Under the pieces are notes generated by a model, which worked only from the letters and a program-made list of their open reading frames with translations, did no database searches and was not told the origin of the DNA. Source: a virus (lineage: Duplodnaviria > Caudoviricetes). Taken from it: 63,853 nt of DNA. Numbering within the stretch: position 1 is the first letter of the stretch; each line of letters opens with the position of its first letter. The position numbers were made by a program, and so were the translations under genes. Shown here piece after piece: positions 29,616-37,068 of the stretch. The stretch covers positions 1-63,853 of the IMG/VR virus record IMGVR_UViG_3300036821_000178. One strand, 5' to 3'.

Positions 29616-30008
29616 ATGACAGAGGAACCAGCACCCCCCGCTGGCCCTGCGGCAGGCCTGACCCGCCTGCGCGTCGGCGGCGCCGATGTCATCCGGGCCG
29701 GAGACGAGCTGGACGTTTACTTTCTCCCGGCGCTGAGGCAAGCCGCTGCCGACGCGGCGCTGGTGGCCCGCGGGCGGCTGGTGATCGACCTGACCGGAAC
29801 CCAGTTTCTCGATCGCTTCTGCCTGGGCGAGCTCCATGACACGCTCAAGCGCATCCGGGCTGCCGGCGGCCTCATGAGCATCGCGTGCGACGGCAGGAAC
29901 GTGCGCCAGGCGATAAAGGACGTCGGCCTCAGCCGGATGCTGCCTGTCTGCGACAGCCTGGACGCGGCGGTCAGTGCTGTGACGAGCGACAGCAGGGAGT
30001 TAGCGTGA
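29616..30008 (+). CDS. STAS domain anti-sigma factor antagonist-like protein
   Basis: ELDVY, LVIDLTGTQFLD..CLGEL. Confidence 0.75.
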   Translation: MTEEPAPPAGPAAGLTRLRVGGADVIRAGDELDVYFLPALRQAAADAALVARGRLVIDLTGTQFLDRFCLGELHDTLKRIRAAGGLMSIACDGRNVRQAIKDVGLSRMLPVCDSLDAAVSAVTSDSRELA

Positions 30009-30983
30009 TCGCGATCGAGATGAGCCTGGTCCGGTGAGCAGCGCAGGGGGTCAGCCGCACGGCAAAGTGCACCGGGCCGCGCGAGCGCGGCGGGCTGGCG
30101 CGTGCGGCGAGCATGACATCGGGACCTGTTACACCACGAACGAGGCGCAGGTCTCGTGCACCAGGTGCCGCCTGGCAACGTCGCCCTATGCGTGGCTGGA
30201 ATTCGAGCGCTGCGGCACCCTGCAGATGGCCGAGAGCATCCTGACGGACCTCACCACCTGGTTCGGCTACCTGGCCGCTTACGATGGCAGCGCCGCAAGC
30301 GCGCTCACGTGGATGGCCTTCACGCGATGGCGCCGCAGCCGCCAGGCCGCCTGGCCGCTCGCGGCCGCCGGGATGTCGGCATACGTGCGCGAGGTGTTCC
30401 TGGCCGACCCGGAGATCCTGCGGGCGTCGGCCGGGGTACTGCAGATGCAGCTGCGTGACACCGCAGAGCGGCCCGGGGCACCCGCTGCCCGGCTGGACAA
30501 GGACCGGTTCCTGTGACTGCTGCTGGAGAACTGCGCGCAGCCGCCGCGTTACATCGCCCTCATGGACCCGCTCGTCGGCAGCGCGCTGGCGGACTGGCTG
30601 GAACGCGAGGCCGGGCTGCTCGACGCGCAGGTGCTCGCGCAGTCCGGCCCGGCGATGGAACGCTGCCCGCTCGCCGTGGCGCGGGCGGTCCTGCGTTCCG
30701 AGGGCGCAGGGAACTAGCACGATCACGAGAGGAGAGATCGCATCATGACACAGCAGGTTTTCCAGATCAGGCTCCACGACAGGGAATCGGAGGAGTGCAT
30801 CGGCGAGGTGCTCGAGTGGCCCGGCCTGCCTGTTGTCGGCATGGCCATCGTCTGCAGTGACGGTGTCTGGCGTGTCGAGGACCTCCAGGTCATGTCGGTC
30901 AGCCCAGGTTCGATCGCCGCCCGCAACGGCGACCCGGTGCTCGTGAGCGCGATCGTCTCCCGCGGAGAAGGGATCTTCCGGAC

Positions 30984-31205
30984 GTGAACGCGTCGCAGAT
31001 GTCCCCGCTCCCGCCGTACAGCGGCCAGTCGACCTGCTGTCCGAAATGCGGAGCCGGCCTAGGCACCACATGGCACGCCACGTGCTGCCTGCGGTTCGGC
31101 CCGGACCGGGAGCACCTGTGCCGGGTATGTCCAGTCTGCAGATGGTTCACGGTTGAGGCCACGAAGGACACCGCGGAACCCGGGGCAAAGGAGGTGCCCC
31201 AGTGA
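30984..31205 (+). CDS. Small zinc-finger protein
   Basis: CPKC...EHLCRVCPVC; similar to 38958-39233. Confidence 0.5.
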   Translation: MNASQMSPLPPYSGQSTCCPKCGAGLGTTWHATCCLRFGPDREHLCRVCPVCRWFTVEATKDTAEPGAKEVPQ

Positions 31206-31477
31206 AGATCCGGCTGATGGACACGCCGGGCGAGTGCGCCCGGCACCTCGCCGCGCTGGTGGCGTCCCCCTTCCATCACGTCGTCTCGATCTCCGAGCCT
31301 CGCGAGAACCACCGCGAGACATCGGCCCAGGTGCGGGTATACGTCGAGATCCGGCTCCCCGGCGACCCCGGCACCGACGCGGCCGAGCCGGACATGCCTG
31401 CGTGGACGGCCGAGTATGTCCGCATGCAGTCACCGGCCGGCCTGCCCGGGAATCTGACGCAGCCCTGATCTTCGTGC

Positions 31478-31879
31478 TCAGGGGCCGGCAGGCAATCCCA
31501 GGTGCTCGCGGACCGGCGGGAACATGCCTGGCATCAGGTCCAGAGCTGCGGCCGGCGTCAGCCACGCGATCGCGGGCAGCGCGCCCGCAGGCCACTTCAG
31601 GTTCGCCATAATCGGCACGCACGCTATGTAGGCAACCAGGACCTCTGTGGCCGGATGCAGGCCCCCGCCGAGCCACTCGCGGGCGGAGACAACGACGCCC
31701 GTCTCCTCGTAGCACTCGCGCTCGGCGCAGTCCGCCGGCGACTCACCCGGCTGGATCTTCCCGCCGGGGAACACCCACGGCGGAGTGCCGTCCTCGCGCA
31801 GGGCGGCCAGCACGCGGCCGCCGTGGAAGACGACGGCAACGGCGACGGGCACAGGGCCCGCGCTGCCTGATTCAGTCAT
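31478..31879 (-). CDS. NUDIX hydrolase
   Basis: GGKIQPGESPADCAERECYEETG Nudix box. Confidence 0.9.
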   Translation of the reverse strand: MTESGSAGPVPVAVAVVFHGGRVLAALREDGTPPWVFPGGKIQPGESPADCAERECYEETGVVVSAREWLGGGLHPATEVLVAYIACVPIMANLKWPAGALPAIAWLTPAAALDLMPGMFPPVREHLGLPAGP

Positions 31880-32133
31880 GCAGGCCATCCTTCCACCGGG
31901 CCGCAGGCGCCCCTGCGGAAACTCGCGGAAATAGTGTTTGCGCTTCAGCGTCACTGTCCCTACTCTTGAAACAAGGCCAGTGAAAGGCAGGAGAGACCGA
32001 TGGTGTACCGATCAGACCCCAGGCGGGCGAAGTGGCATGAGCGCATGCCGAATTTCGTCCAGCCCACGGCGAGTCTGGGTACCCAGATCGCCGGGACACA
32101 CCCGGGGTAAGCCTGCCAGCCTGACAGACAGGT

Positions 32134-32173
32134 AACCGCCCCGGGAGAAGTCCACCCGGGGCGGTTTTGCTTT
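32134..32173 (+). terminator. Intrinsic terminator
   Basis: AACCGCCCCGGG / CCCGGGGCGGTT followed by TTGCTTT. Confidence 0.6.
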
Positions 32174-32218
32174 ACATCCCCCCGTAGTACCAGCAGTTGT
32201 ATTTGGCGTGCCTTTCTT

Positions 32219-32290
32219 AGGGATGAGCCAGCGGTTAGGCGGCCGGTCTCCAAAACCGGCGGAATGGGGGTCCGACTCCCTCCGTCCCTG
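32219..32290 (+). tRNA. tRNA-Trp(CCA)
   Basis: Cloverleaf; loop CT CCA AA. Confidence 0.75.
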
Positions 32291-32383
32291 CGAGCACCAC
32301 CCTGCGGGGTGAACGTGCCGGTTAATTGACAGCTCAATAGCGTGAAGCACCAAACGGCGGCGGGCGCCATCCCGCCGCCACCT

Positions 32384-32456
32384 GGGCTGCTAGCTCATCA
32401 GGTAGAGCACCTGTGTCGCATACAGGAGGTAGACGGTTCGAGCCCGTCGCGGTCCA
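32384..32456 (+). tRNA. tRNA-Ala(CGC)
   Basis: Cloverleaf; G3-U70; loop GT CGC AT. Confidence 0.85.
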
Positions 32457-32529
32457 CCGCACTGTCAGATGGCAGCACTACCTTGTGCATGTCGATCCCC
32501 CCAGTCGCGTCTCAGGGGAATCGCCGACC

Positions 32530-32937
32530 ATGGGGTACGCAGGGGAGAAGAAGCGTCAGTATCAGCTCGCATGGCTGACTGAACGCCGGGCCAGGGGGGT
32601 CACTCTCCTCGGCGGGAAGTGCGTCCGGTGCGGGTCAACTGAGAACCTGCAGTTCGACCATGTGGATCCAGCAACAAAGTCGCCGGTCCTCCGGAGATAT
32701 CACACCAGCTCCTTCTGGTCCTGGAAGTGGTCTCGCGTGGAAGAAGAGCTGAGCAAGTGCCAGCTGCTCTGCACGCCTTGTCACCGCAGGAAGACCAAAG
32801 AGGACCTCTATCCAGAGGTTCACGGCAGTCACACCACATACGTCCGGCATGGCTGTCGATGCGACGCCTGCAAGGCGGCGCACGCGGCCACAAACCGGCT
32901 GTGGCGTCAGCGTCGCAAGCGGAATGTAGCTCAGTAG
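32530..32937 (+). CDS. HNH endonuclease
   Basis: CVRCGSTENLQFDHVDP...CQLLCTPCH; stop codon lies inside tRNA-Pro. Confidence 0.8.
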   Translation: MGYAGEKKRQYQLAWLTERRARGVTLLGGKCVRCGSTENLQFDHVDPATKSPVLRRYHTSSFWSWKWSRVEEELSKCQLLCTPCHRRKTKEDLYPEVHGSHTTYVRHGCRCDACKAAHAATNRLWRQRRKRNVAQ

Positions 32938-32993
32938 GTCAGAGCGCGCGCTTCGGGAGCGCGAGGCCGCCCGTTCGAGCCGGGCCATTCCGA
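32920..32993 (+). tRNA. tRNA-Pro(CGG)
   Basis: Cloverleaf; loop TT CGG GA. Confidence 0.9.
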
Positions 32994-32994
32994 C

Positions 32995-33069
32995 CGGGGT
33001 GTCGCGTACCGGCTAGCGCACCTGCTTTGGGAGCAGGAAGAGGGTGTTCGACCCACCCCTCCCCGACCA
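32995..33069 (+). tRNA. tRNA-Pro(TGG)
   Basis: Cloverleaf; loop TT TGG GA; CCA end. Confidence 0.8.
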
Positions 33070-33070
33070 C

Positions 33071-33144
33071 GCCGCCTTAGCTCAGTTGGAACGAGCGTCC
33101 GGTTGAAACCCGGAAGGTCCCAGGTTCGGCTCCTGGAGGTGGCA
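33071..33144 (+). tRNA. tRNA-Phe(GAA)
   Basis: Cloverleaf; loop TT GAA AC. Confidence 0.9.
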
Positions 33145-33148
33145 CCGT

Positions 33149-33220
33149 GCGGATGTGGCCGAATGGCTCAGGCACCTGCCTTCCAAGCAGGCTACGCAGG
33201 TTCGATCCCTGTCATCCGCT
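33149..33220 (+). tRNA. tRNA-Gly(TCC)
   Basis: Cloverleaf; loop CT TCC AA. Confidence 0.9.
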
Positions 33221-33224
33221 CTGA

Positions 33225-33298
33225 GCGTCGCTAGCACAAGTGGGCAGTGCACCGGACTCTTAATCCGGGTTGTGAGGGATCGTGGCCCTCGCGGCGCA
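33225..33298 (+). tRNA. tRNA-Lys(CTT)
   Basis: Cloverleaf; loop CT CTT AA. Confidence 0.8.
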
Positions 33299-33299
33299 C

Positions 33300-33374
33300 G
33301 CGGGCGTGACGGGAAGTGGCATACCTGGCCCGCTCAAAACGGGTCGTCTGGGAGTTCGAGGCTCCCCGCCCGTA
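33300..33374 (+). tRNA. tRNA-Leu(CAA)
   Basis: Cloverleaf; loop CT CAA AA; short variable loop. Confidence 0.8.
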
Positions 33375-33383
33375 CGTACTCGA

Positions 33384-33458
33384 TGGGGTATGGGGGAACT
33401 GGCAAACCCGCCCGGCTCTGGACCGGGAGCTTTCCAGGTTCGAAGCCTGGTACCCCAG
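33384..33458 (+). tRNA. tRNA-Gln(CTG)
   Basis: Cloverleaf; loop CT CTG GA. Confidence 0.85.
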
Positions 33459-33462
33459 CTTT

Positions 33463-33534
33463 GCCGCCGCGCACGGCTTGCGGCCCCGCCCCCGTAAGGC
33501 GGGAGGCCCGGCTCGACACCGGGTGGCGGCTCCA
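33463..33534 (+). tRNA. tRNA-Thr(CGT), degenerate D arm
   Basis: Acceptor, anticodon and T stems present; loop CC CGT AA; CCA end. Confidence 0.6.
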
Positions 33535-33684
33535 GATCCACCGGACAGTGAACGACGGTGCGTCGTTGAACACCTTCATGGACGACATCGACGCCCAGTG
33601 GCAGGACATCTGCGCCGCGGTCTATCTCTCGGGGCTGGCGACCTGGGACGACTGGATCAGCCTCGGCCGCCGCGATCCTGCCGG

Positions 33685-33757
33685 GTCCTCGTAGCCCAAC
33701 GGCAGAGGCACAGCCTTGAGGTGGCTGCCAGTGCAGGTTCAATTCCTGTCGAGGACA
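33685..33757 (+). tRNA. tRNA-Leu(GAG)
   Basis: Cloverleaf; loop TT GAG GT. Confidence 0.85.
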
Positions 33758-34036
33758 CTCACGGATGGCGGCGCTCGCGGACCTTACCTTCAGGAGGCAC
33801 CAGCTGGTGCCCGGCGAAGGGACGGCCGGCGTGAGCGAGTCATCTGCAGATCCCGAGATCGAGCGGATCGGGGAACTGTTCCGCGACGTGTTCGACCTTG
33901 CCGGCGAGCTCGCCGGCCGGATCAGCGACGAGCACGTGGAGGAGCGCCTGCGCGCTCTCCTGGCCCTCCGGACCGGCGTCCGGCCGTCCCCTGTAAGGAC
34001 AGCTCGCTCAGGTCGGCACTGAGGGAGGGCTCGCGA

Positions 34037-34110
34037 TGGCGGCTGGGGTAACGGCAGCCCTGCGGGTTTTGGCCCCGCCAGTCCTGGTCCGAGTCTAGGG
34101 CCGCCAGCCA
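34037..34110 (+). tRNA. tRNA-Gln(TTG)
   Basis: Cloverleaf; loop TT TTG GC; CCA end. Confidence 0.8.
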
Positions 34111-34129
34111 GGTAGACAACTTAAACCAG

Positions 34130-34201
34130 GCCCTCGTAGCTCAATGGCGGAGCACGTGCTCGGTACGCACGAGGATGCAGGATCGGTCCCTGCCGAGGGC
34201 T
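34130..34201 (+). tRNA. tRNA-Thr(GGT)
   Basis: Cloverleaf; loop TC GGT AC. Confidence 0.8.
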
Positions 34202-34202
34202 C

Positions 34203-34460
34203 TCAGTAAGAAAACCCCGGGCGGACCGCGCTGGGCGACGAGTCCGGGGTCCTCCAGTCCTTAGCGGGACCACCCAGAGCCTCACGGAGTCGGTCTCCGA
34301 CTGCAAGCCAGTCCTGCGCCGTGGCGCGAGCATCTGGGTCTGCTGGTGCAGCCGTCCTGTTGTACTCAGTCAGCGAGTCACCGAAGTCCACAAGCCGACC
34401 AACGCCCTCCTGCCAGGACGGGAGCGCGAAGAGGAACGTGGACCGGACATTCTCACCCAA
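34203..34460 (-). CDS. Small hypothetical protein antisense to the tRNA cluster
   Basis: FLFALPSWQEGVGRLVDFG..LTEYN...DWLAVGDRLREA; TTG start after GAGGGAG; fills a gap between tRNAs. Confidence 0.55.
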   Translation of the reverse strand: MGENVRSTFLFALPSWQEGVGRLVDFGDSLTEYNRTAAPADPDARATAQDWLAVGDRLREALGGPAKDWRTPDSSPSAVRPGFSY

Positions 34461-34520
34461 TGGTCTCGACTCCCTCAGCCGCGGAATCTGAGTGTATATC
34501 CTACCGCAGGTAGGGGGCAT

Positions 34521-34591
34521 GCGGATGTAGCGCAGTGGCAGCGCATCACCTTGCCATGGTGAGGGCCCGGGTCCGATTCCCGGTATCCGCT
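34521..34591 (+). tRNA. tRNA-Gly(GCC)
   Basis: Cloverleaf; loop TT GCC AT. Confidence 0.85.
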
Positions 34592-34594
34592 CAA

Positions 34595-34684
34595 GGGGAG
34601 AGGTCGCGGGTTCGACTCCCGCCCGGGCGCAAAATAAGGGGCTCCGGTCCTGGCGCCTGGTAGCTCAGCGGCAGAGCGCTCCCC
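34595..34684 (+). ncRNA. Circularly permuted tRNA-like RNA (YrlA/Y-RNA-like topology)
   Basis: 3' half (GGGGAG-AGGTC-GCGGGTTCGACTCCCGC-CCGGGCGC) precedes 5' half (GCGCCTGG-TA-GCTCAGCGGCAGAGC-G-CTCCCC); acceptor stem closed by a 22-nt loop. Confidence 0.7.
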
Positions 34685-34693
34685 GTAGATCAA

Positions 34694-34778
34694 GCGCTGG
34701 TGGCGGAATGGTAGACGCGCCGGTCTCAGGAACCGGTGTCCCTGACGGGGCGTGAGGGTCCGAATCCCTCCTGGCGTA
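34694..34778 (+). tRNA. tRNA-Leu(CAG)
   Basis: Cloverleaf with long variable arm; loop CT CAG GA. Confidence 0.9.
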
Positions 34779-34857
34779 CGCAGTGAGGCGGGGAGATCAC
34801 GGCCATGCGGGTCTGCGCGTACCCGCAGACTCGCCTGTCCCCGCCCACCGCCGTCAA

Positions 34858-34942
34858 GGAGAGTGAACCGGACAGGCGTGCCGGGCTCCGTTGCTAGCGG
34901 ATGCGCGTCGAAAGGCGTGGCGATCGTGTCGTCCGCTCTCCG
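34858..34942 (+). tRNA. tRNA-Ser(GCT)
   Basis: Long variable arm; loop TT GCT AG. Confidence 0.75.
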
Positions 34943-34947
34943 CTCGT

Positions 34948-35037
34948 GGAAACCGAACCGGACAGGCGTGCCGGCTTCGCCTGGAAAGCGAATGGGCCGG
35001 GCGACCGGCTGAGGCTCAGGTCCTCCGGTTTCCGCCA
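34948..35037 (+). tRNA. tRNA-Ser(GGA)
   Basis: Long variable arm; loop CT GGA AA; CCA end. Confidence 0.75.
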
Positions 35038-35038
35038 T

Positions 35039-35122
35039 GGATGGTGAAGCTGCCGGGCGGCAGCCCTCGCCCCGAAAGCGAGTGGGCGCGCAAGCGCTGG
35101 AGGTCGGGTCTTCCGCCATCCG
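35039..35122 (+). tRNA. tRNA-Ser(CGA)
   Basis: Long variable arm; loop CC CGA AA. Confidence 0.7.
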
Positions 35123-35126
35123 CAAT

Positions 35127-35212
35127 GGAGCGCACCCCGCCGGCGCGGGAACGGGTCTTGAAAGCCCGTGCGCGGCCGAAACGCCGTGGAGGCTCGACAC
35201 CTCTGCGCTCCG
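35127..35212 (+). tRNA. tRNA-Ser(TGA)
   Basis: Long variable arm; loop CT TGA AA. Confidence 0.7.
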
Positions 35213-35217
35213 CTCAA

Positions 35218-35291
35218 TGGCCGCGACCCAGCTGGTCGACGGGGCCTGTCTGATGAACAGGTATCGCTCGGTTCGATTCCGAGGCGGCCAA
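35218..35291 (+). tRNA. tRNA-Ile(GAT)
   Basis: Cloverleaf; loop CT GAT GA. Confidence 0.7.
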
Positions 35292-35292
35292 C

Positions 35293-35372
35293 TGGCCGGT
35301 AGCTCAGTGGTAAGAGCGCCGAGCTTATATCTCGGGAATCAGTCGCGGGTTCAATCCCCGCCCGGCCGACCA
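35293..35372 (+). tRNA. tRNA-Ile(TAT)
   Basis: Cloverleaf; loop CT TAT AT; CCA end. Confidence 0.8.
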
Positions 35373-35373
35373 G

Positions 35374-35448
35374 CCCTCCGTAACTCAGTCTGGCCAGAGT
35401 ACCGTCCTTTTAAGTCGGGAGCCGAGCGTTCAAATCGCTCCGGGGGGA
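35374..35448 (+). tRNA. tRNA-Lys(TTT)
   Basis: Cloverleaf; loop CT TTT AA. Confidence 0.85.
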
Positions 35449-35456
35449 CTTTCTAA

Positions 35457-35528
35457 GCGTAGCTGGCGCAATGGAAGCGCGGCTCCCTTCTAAGGAGACG
35501 GTTCAGAGTTCAAGTCTCTGGCTACGCA
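35457..35528 (+). tRNA. tRNA-Arg(TCT)
   Basis: Cloverleaf; loop CT TCT AA. Confidence 0.85.
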
Positions 35529-35529
35529 C

Positions 35530-35600
35530 GGCCGCATCGTCTAGTGGCAGGACAGCTGATTCTCAGTCAGCGGGGCGGAGTTCAATTCTCCGTGCGGCTA
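35530..35600 (+). tRNA. tRNA-Glu(CTC)
   Basis: Cloverleaf; loop TT CTC AG. Confidence 0.85.
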
Positions 35601-35612
35601 CGTAAGTTACAT

Positions 35613-35684
35613 GGCCCCATCGTCTAATGGCTAGGATACTGCCCCTTCAAGGCGGGGGAGACGGGTCGGAACCGTCTGGGGCCA
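35613..35684 (+). tRNA. tRNA-Glu(TTC)
   Basis: Cloverleaf; loop CC TTC AA. Confidence 0.8.
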
Positions 35685-35685
35685 C

Positions 35686-35759
35686 TGCGGACAGCAGCAC
35701 CGGTTGTGCTGAGCGGCCTCATAAGCCGATGCAGCTGAGTTCGACTCTCAGGTCCGCAA
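35686..35759 (+). tRNA. tRNA-Met(CAT)
   Basis: Cloverleaf; loop CT CAT AA; Met versus Ile2 identity not resolved. Confidence 0.7.
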
Positions 35760-35768
35760 CGTTACCGA

Positions 35769-35839
35769 TCCGGCGTAGTTCAACGGCAGAACAGCGGGCT
35801 GTTAACCCGTAAATGTTGGTCCGATTCCAGCCGCCGGAG
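35769..35839 (+). tRNA. tRNA-Asn(GTT)
   Basis: Cloverleaf; loop CT GTT AA. Confidence 0.85.
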
Positions 35840-35892
35840 CTAAACTGGTAGTGCCACCCCCGGTCAGCCATTAACGCGACCGGGGAGAGTCC

Positions 35893-36321
35893 ATGCCGTA
35901 CGCAGACCTCGACCAGCAGCGTGCTTATCAGCGCGAGTGGGTCGCGAGACGCCGAGCCGAGTGGCTCGCCGCGAACGGGCCCTGCGTGGACTGCGGCTCG
36001 TGGAAGAATCTGCAACTAGACCATGTCGACAGTTCCGCCAAGGTTTCGCACAGAGTGTGGTCGTGGTCGCGCATGCGGCGAGAAGCGGAGCTCGCCAAGT
36101 GCGCCGTCAGATGCGGCCCGTGCCACAGCGCCAAGACAACGGCGCACCACGAGCGGCCCCACGGCGAACGCAACGGCCAGGCGCGCGTCACTGAACGGGA
36201 CGTGCGCGAAATACGAGACTCGGCGCACACCGAGCGCGCCCTCGCCAGGCAGTTCGGAATATCCAACTCGGCGGTCCATCGAATTCGGGCTCGCGAGACA
36301 TGGCGACACCTAGAGTTATAG
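35893..36321 (+). CDS. HNH endonuclease with C-terminal HTH
   Basis: CVDCGSWKNLQLDHVD...CAVRCGPCH; HGERNGQARVTE...LARQFGIS. Confidence 0.8.
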   Translation: MPYADLDQQRAYQREWVARRRAEWLAANGPCVDCGSWKNLQLDHVDSSAKVSHRVWSWSRMRREAELAKCAVRCGPCHSAKTTAHHERPHGERNGQARVTERDVREIRDSAHTERALARQFGISNSAVHRIRARETWRHLEL

Positions 36322-36326
36322 ATCAA

Positions 36327-36403
36327 GGTCCTGTAGGGGAGTTGGAGTCCCCGCCACCCTGTCAAGGTGGAGATCGCCGGTTCGAGTCCGGTCTGGGCCG
36401 CCA
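36327..36403 (+). tRNA. tRNA-Asp(GTC)
   Basis: Cloverleaf; loop CT GTC AA; CCA end. Confidence 0.9.
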
Positions 36404-36404
36404 T

Positions 36405-36476
36405 ACCCGCGTAGCTCAATGGCGGAGCACCTGGACGACAGCCAGGAGGTCGCAGGCTCGGTACCTGCCGCGGGTA
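36405..36476 (+). tRNA. tRNA-Val(GAC)
   Basis: Cloverleaf; loop AC GAC AG. Confidence 0.75.
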
Positions 36477-36481
36477 CGCAA

Positions 36482-36555
36482 GTCCCGGCGGTCCAGCGGA
36501 TAAGGACACCTGACTACGAATCAGGAGATCGCAGGTTCGAGCCCTGCCCGGGACG
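36482..36555 (+). tRNA. tRNA-Arg(ACG)
   Basis: Cloverleaf; loop CT ACG AA. Confidence 0.85.
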
Positions 36556-36564
36556 CTTTATCTA

Positions 36565-36636
36565 GCCCGCTTAGCTCAACGGGAGAGCACTGCCGTCACG
36601 AGGCAGGGGTCGGGGGGTCAGCACCTCCAGCGGGTA
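36565..36636 (+). tRNA. tRNA-Val(CAC)
   Basis: Cloverleaf; loop GT CAC GA. Confidence 0.75.
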
Positions 36637-36638
36637 CT

Positions 36639-36709
36639 GAGGGCGTAGCACAAAGGCAGTGCGTCCGGTTGTGAGCCGGGATATGCGGTTTCAAGATCCG
36701 TCGCCCTCC
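36639..36709 (+). tRNA. tRNA-His(GTG)
   Basis: Cloverleaf; loop TT GTG AG; C discriminator. Confidence 0.75.
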
Positions 36710-36711
36710 CC

Positions 36712-36794
36712 GCCAGGTTGGCTGAGTCAGGACGAAAGCGCCCGGCTGTAAACCGGGATCCACGGACACGGAGGTTCAAATCCTTCACCTGGCA
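36712..36794 (+). tRNA. tRNA-Tyr(GTA)
   Basis: Long variable arm; loop CT GTA AA. Confidence 0.85.
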
Positions 36795-36798
36795 CCTC

Positions 36799-36870
36799 GT
36801 CCCCGGCAGCGGATCTGCCGCGGAGATTCCGAATCTCGGCTGTCCAGTCCGACTCTGGACGGGGGCACCA
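36799..36870 (+). tRNA. tRNA-Arg(CCG)
   Basis: Loop TT CCG AA; reduced D arm; CCA end. Confidence 0.65.
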
Positions 36871-36871
36871 T

Positions 36872-36943
36872 GGCGCATGTCTCGCCGGCGCGGGAGGCGG
36901 CCTGCAAAGCCGTCGCAGCTCGGTTCGACCCCGAGATGCGCCT
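36872..36943 (+). tRNA. tRNA-Cys(GCA)
   Basis: Loop CT GCA AA; U discriminator. Confidence 0.75.
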
Positions 36944-36948
36944 CTGAA

Positions 36949-37024
36949 CGGCCTGTGGCGCAACGGATAGCGCAGCTGCTTCCTAAGCAGAGGGTTGCGG
37001 GTCCGACTCCCGCCAGGCCGGCCA
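36949..37024 (+). tRNA. tRNA-Arg(CCT)
   Basis: Cloverleaf; loop TT CCT AA; CCA end. Confidence 0.85.
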
Positions 37025-37068
37025 GGTGCTCACGCTATTGGGATGCATCCCTCCGTATAGTGACCAGC

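Noticed and set aside
32305-32380. Possible tmRNA or tRNA starting GGGGTGAACG
   Set aside because: No tmRNA 5' consensus continuation, no T arm or matching 3' acceptor strand; only one GC hairpin.
33300-33757. Leu tRNAs with short variable loops as a novelty
   Set aside because: Short-arm Leu tRNAs occur in Actinobacteria and their phages to my recollection.
36638-36709. Missing encoded G-1 in tRNA-His
   Set aside because: Single-base observation that can be repaired post-transcriptionally; too weak to interpret.
33155-36963. ORFs predicted across the tRNA cluster
   Set aside because: They overlap well-formed tRNA genes and lack protein motifs.
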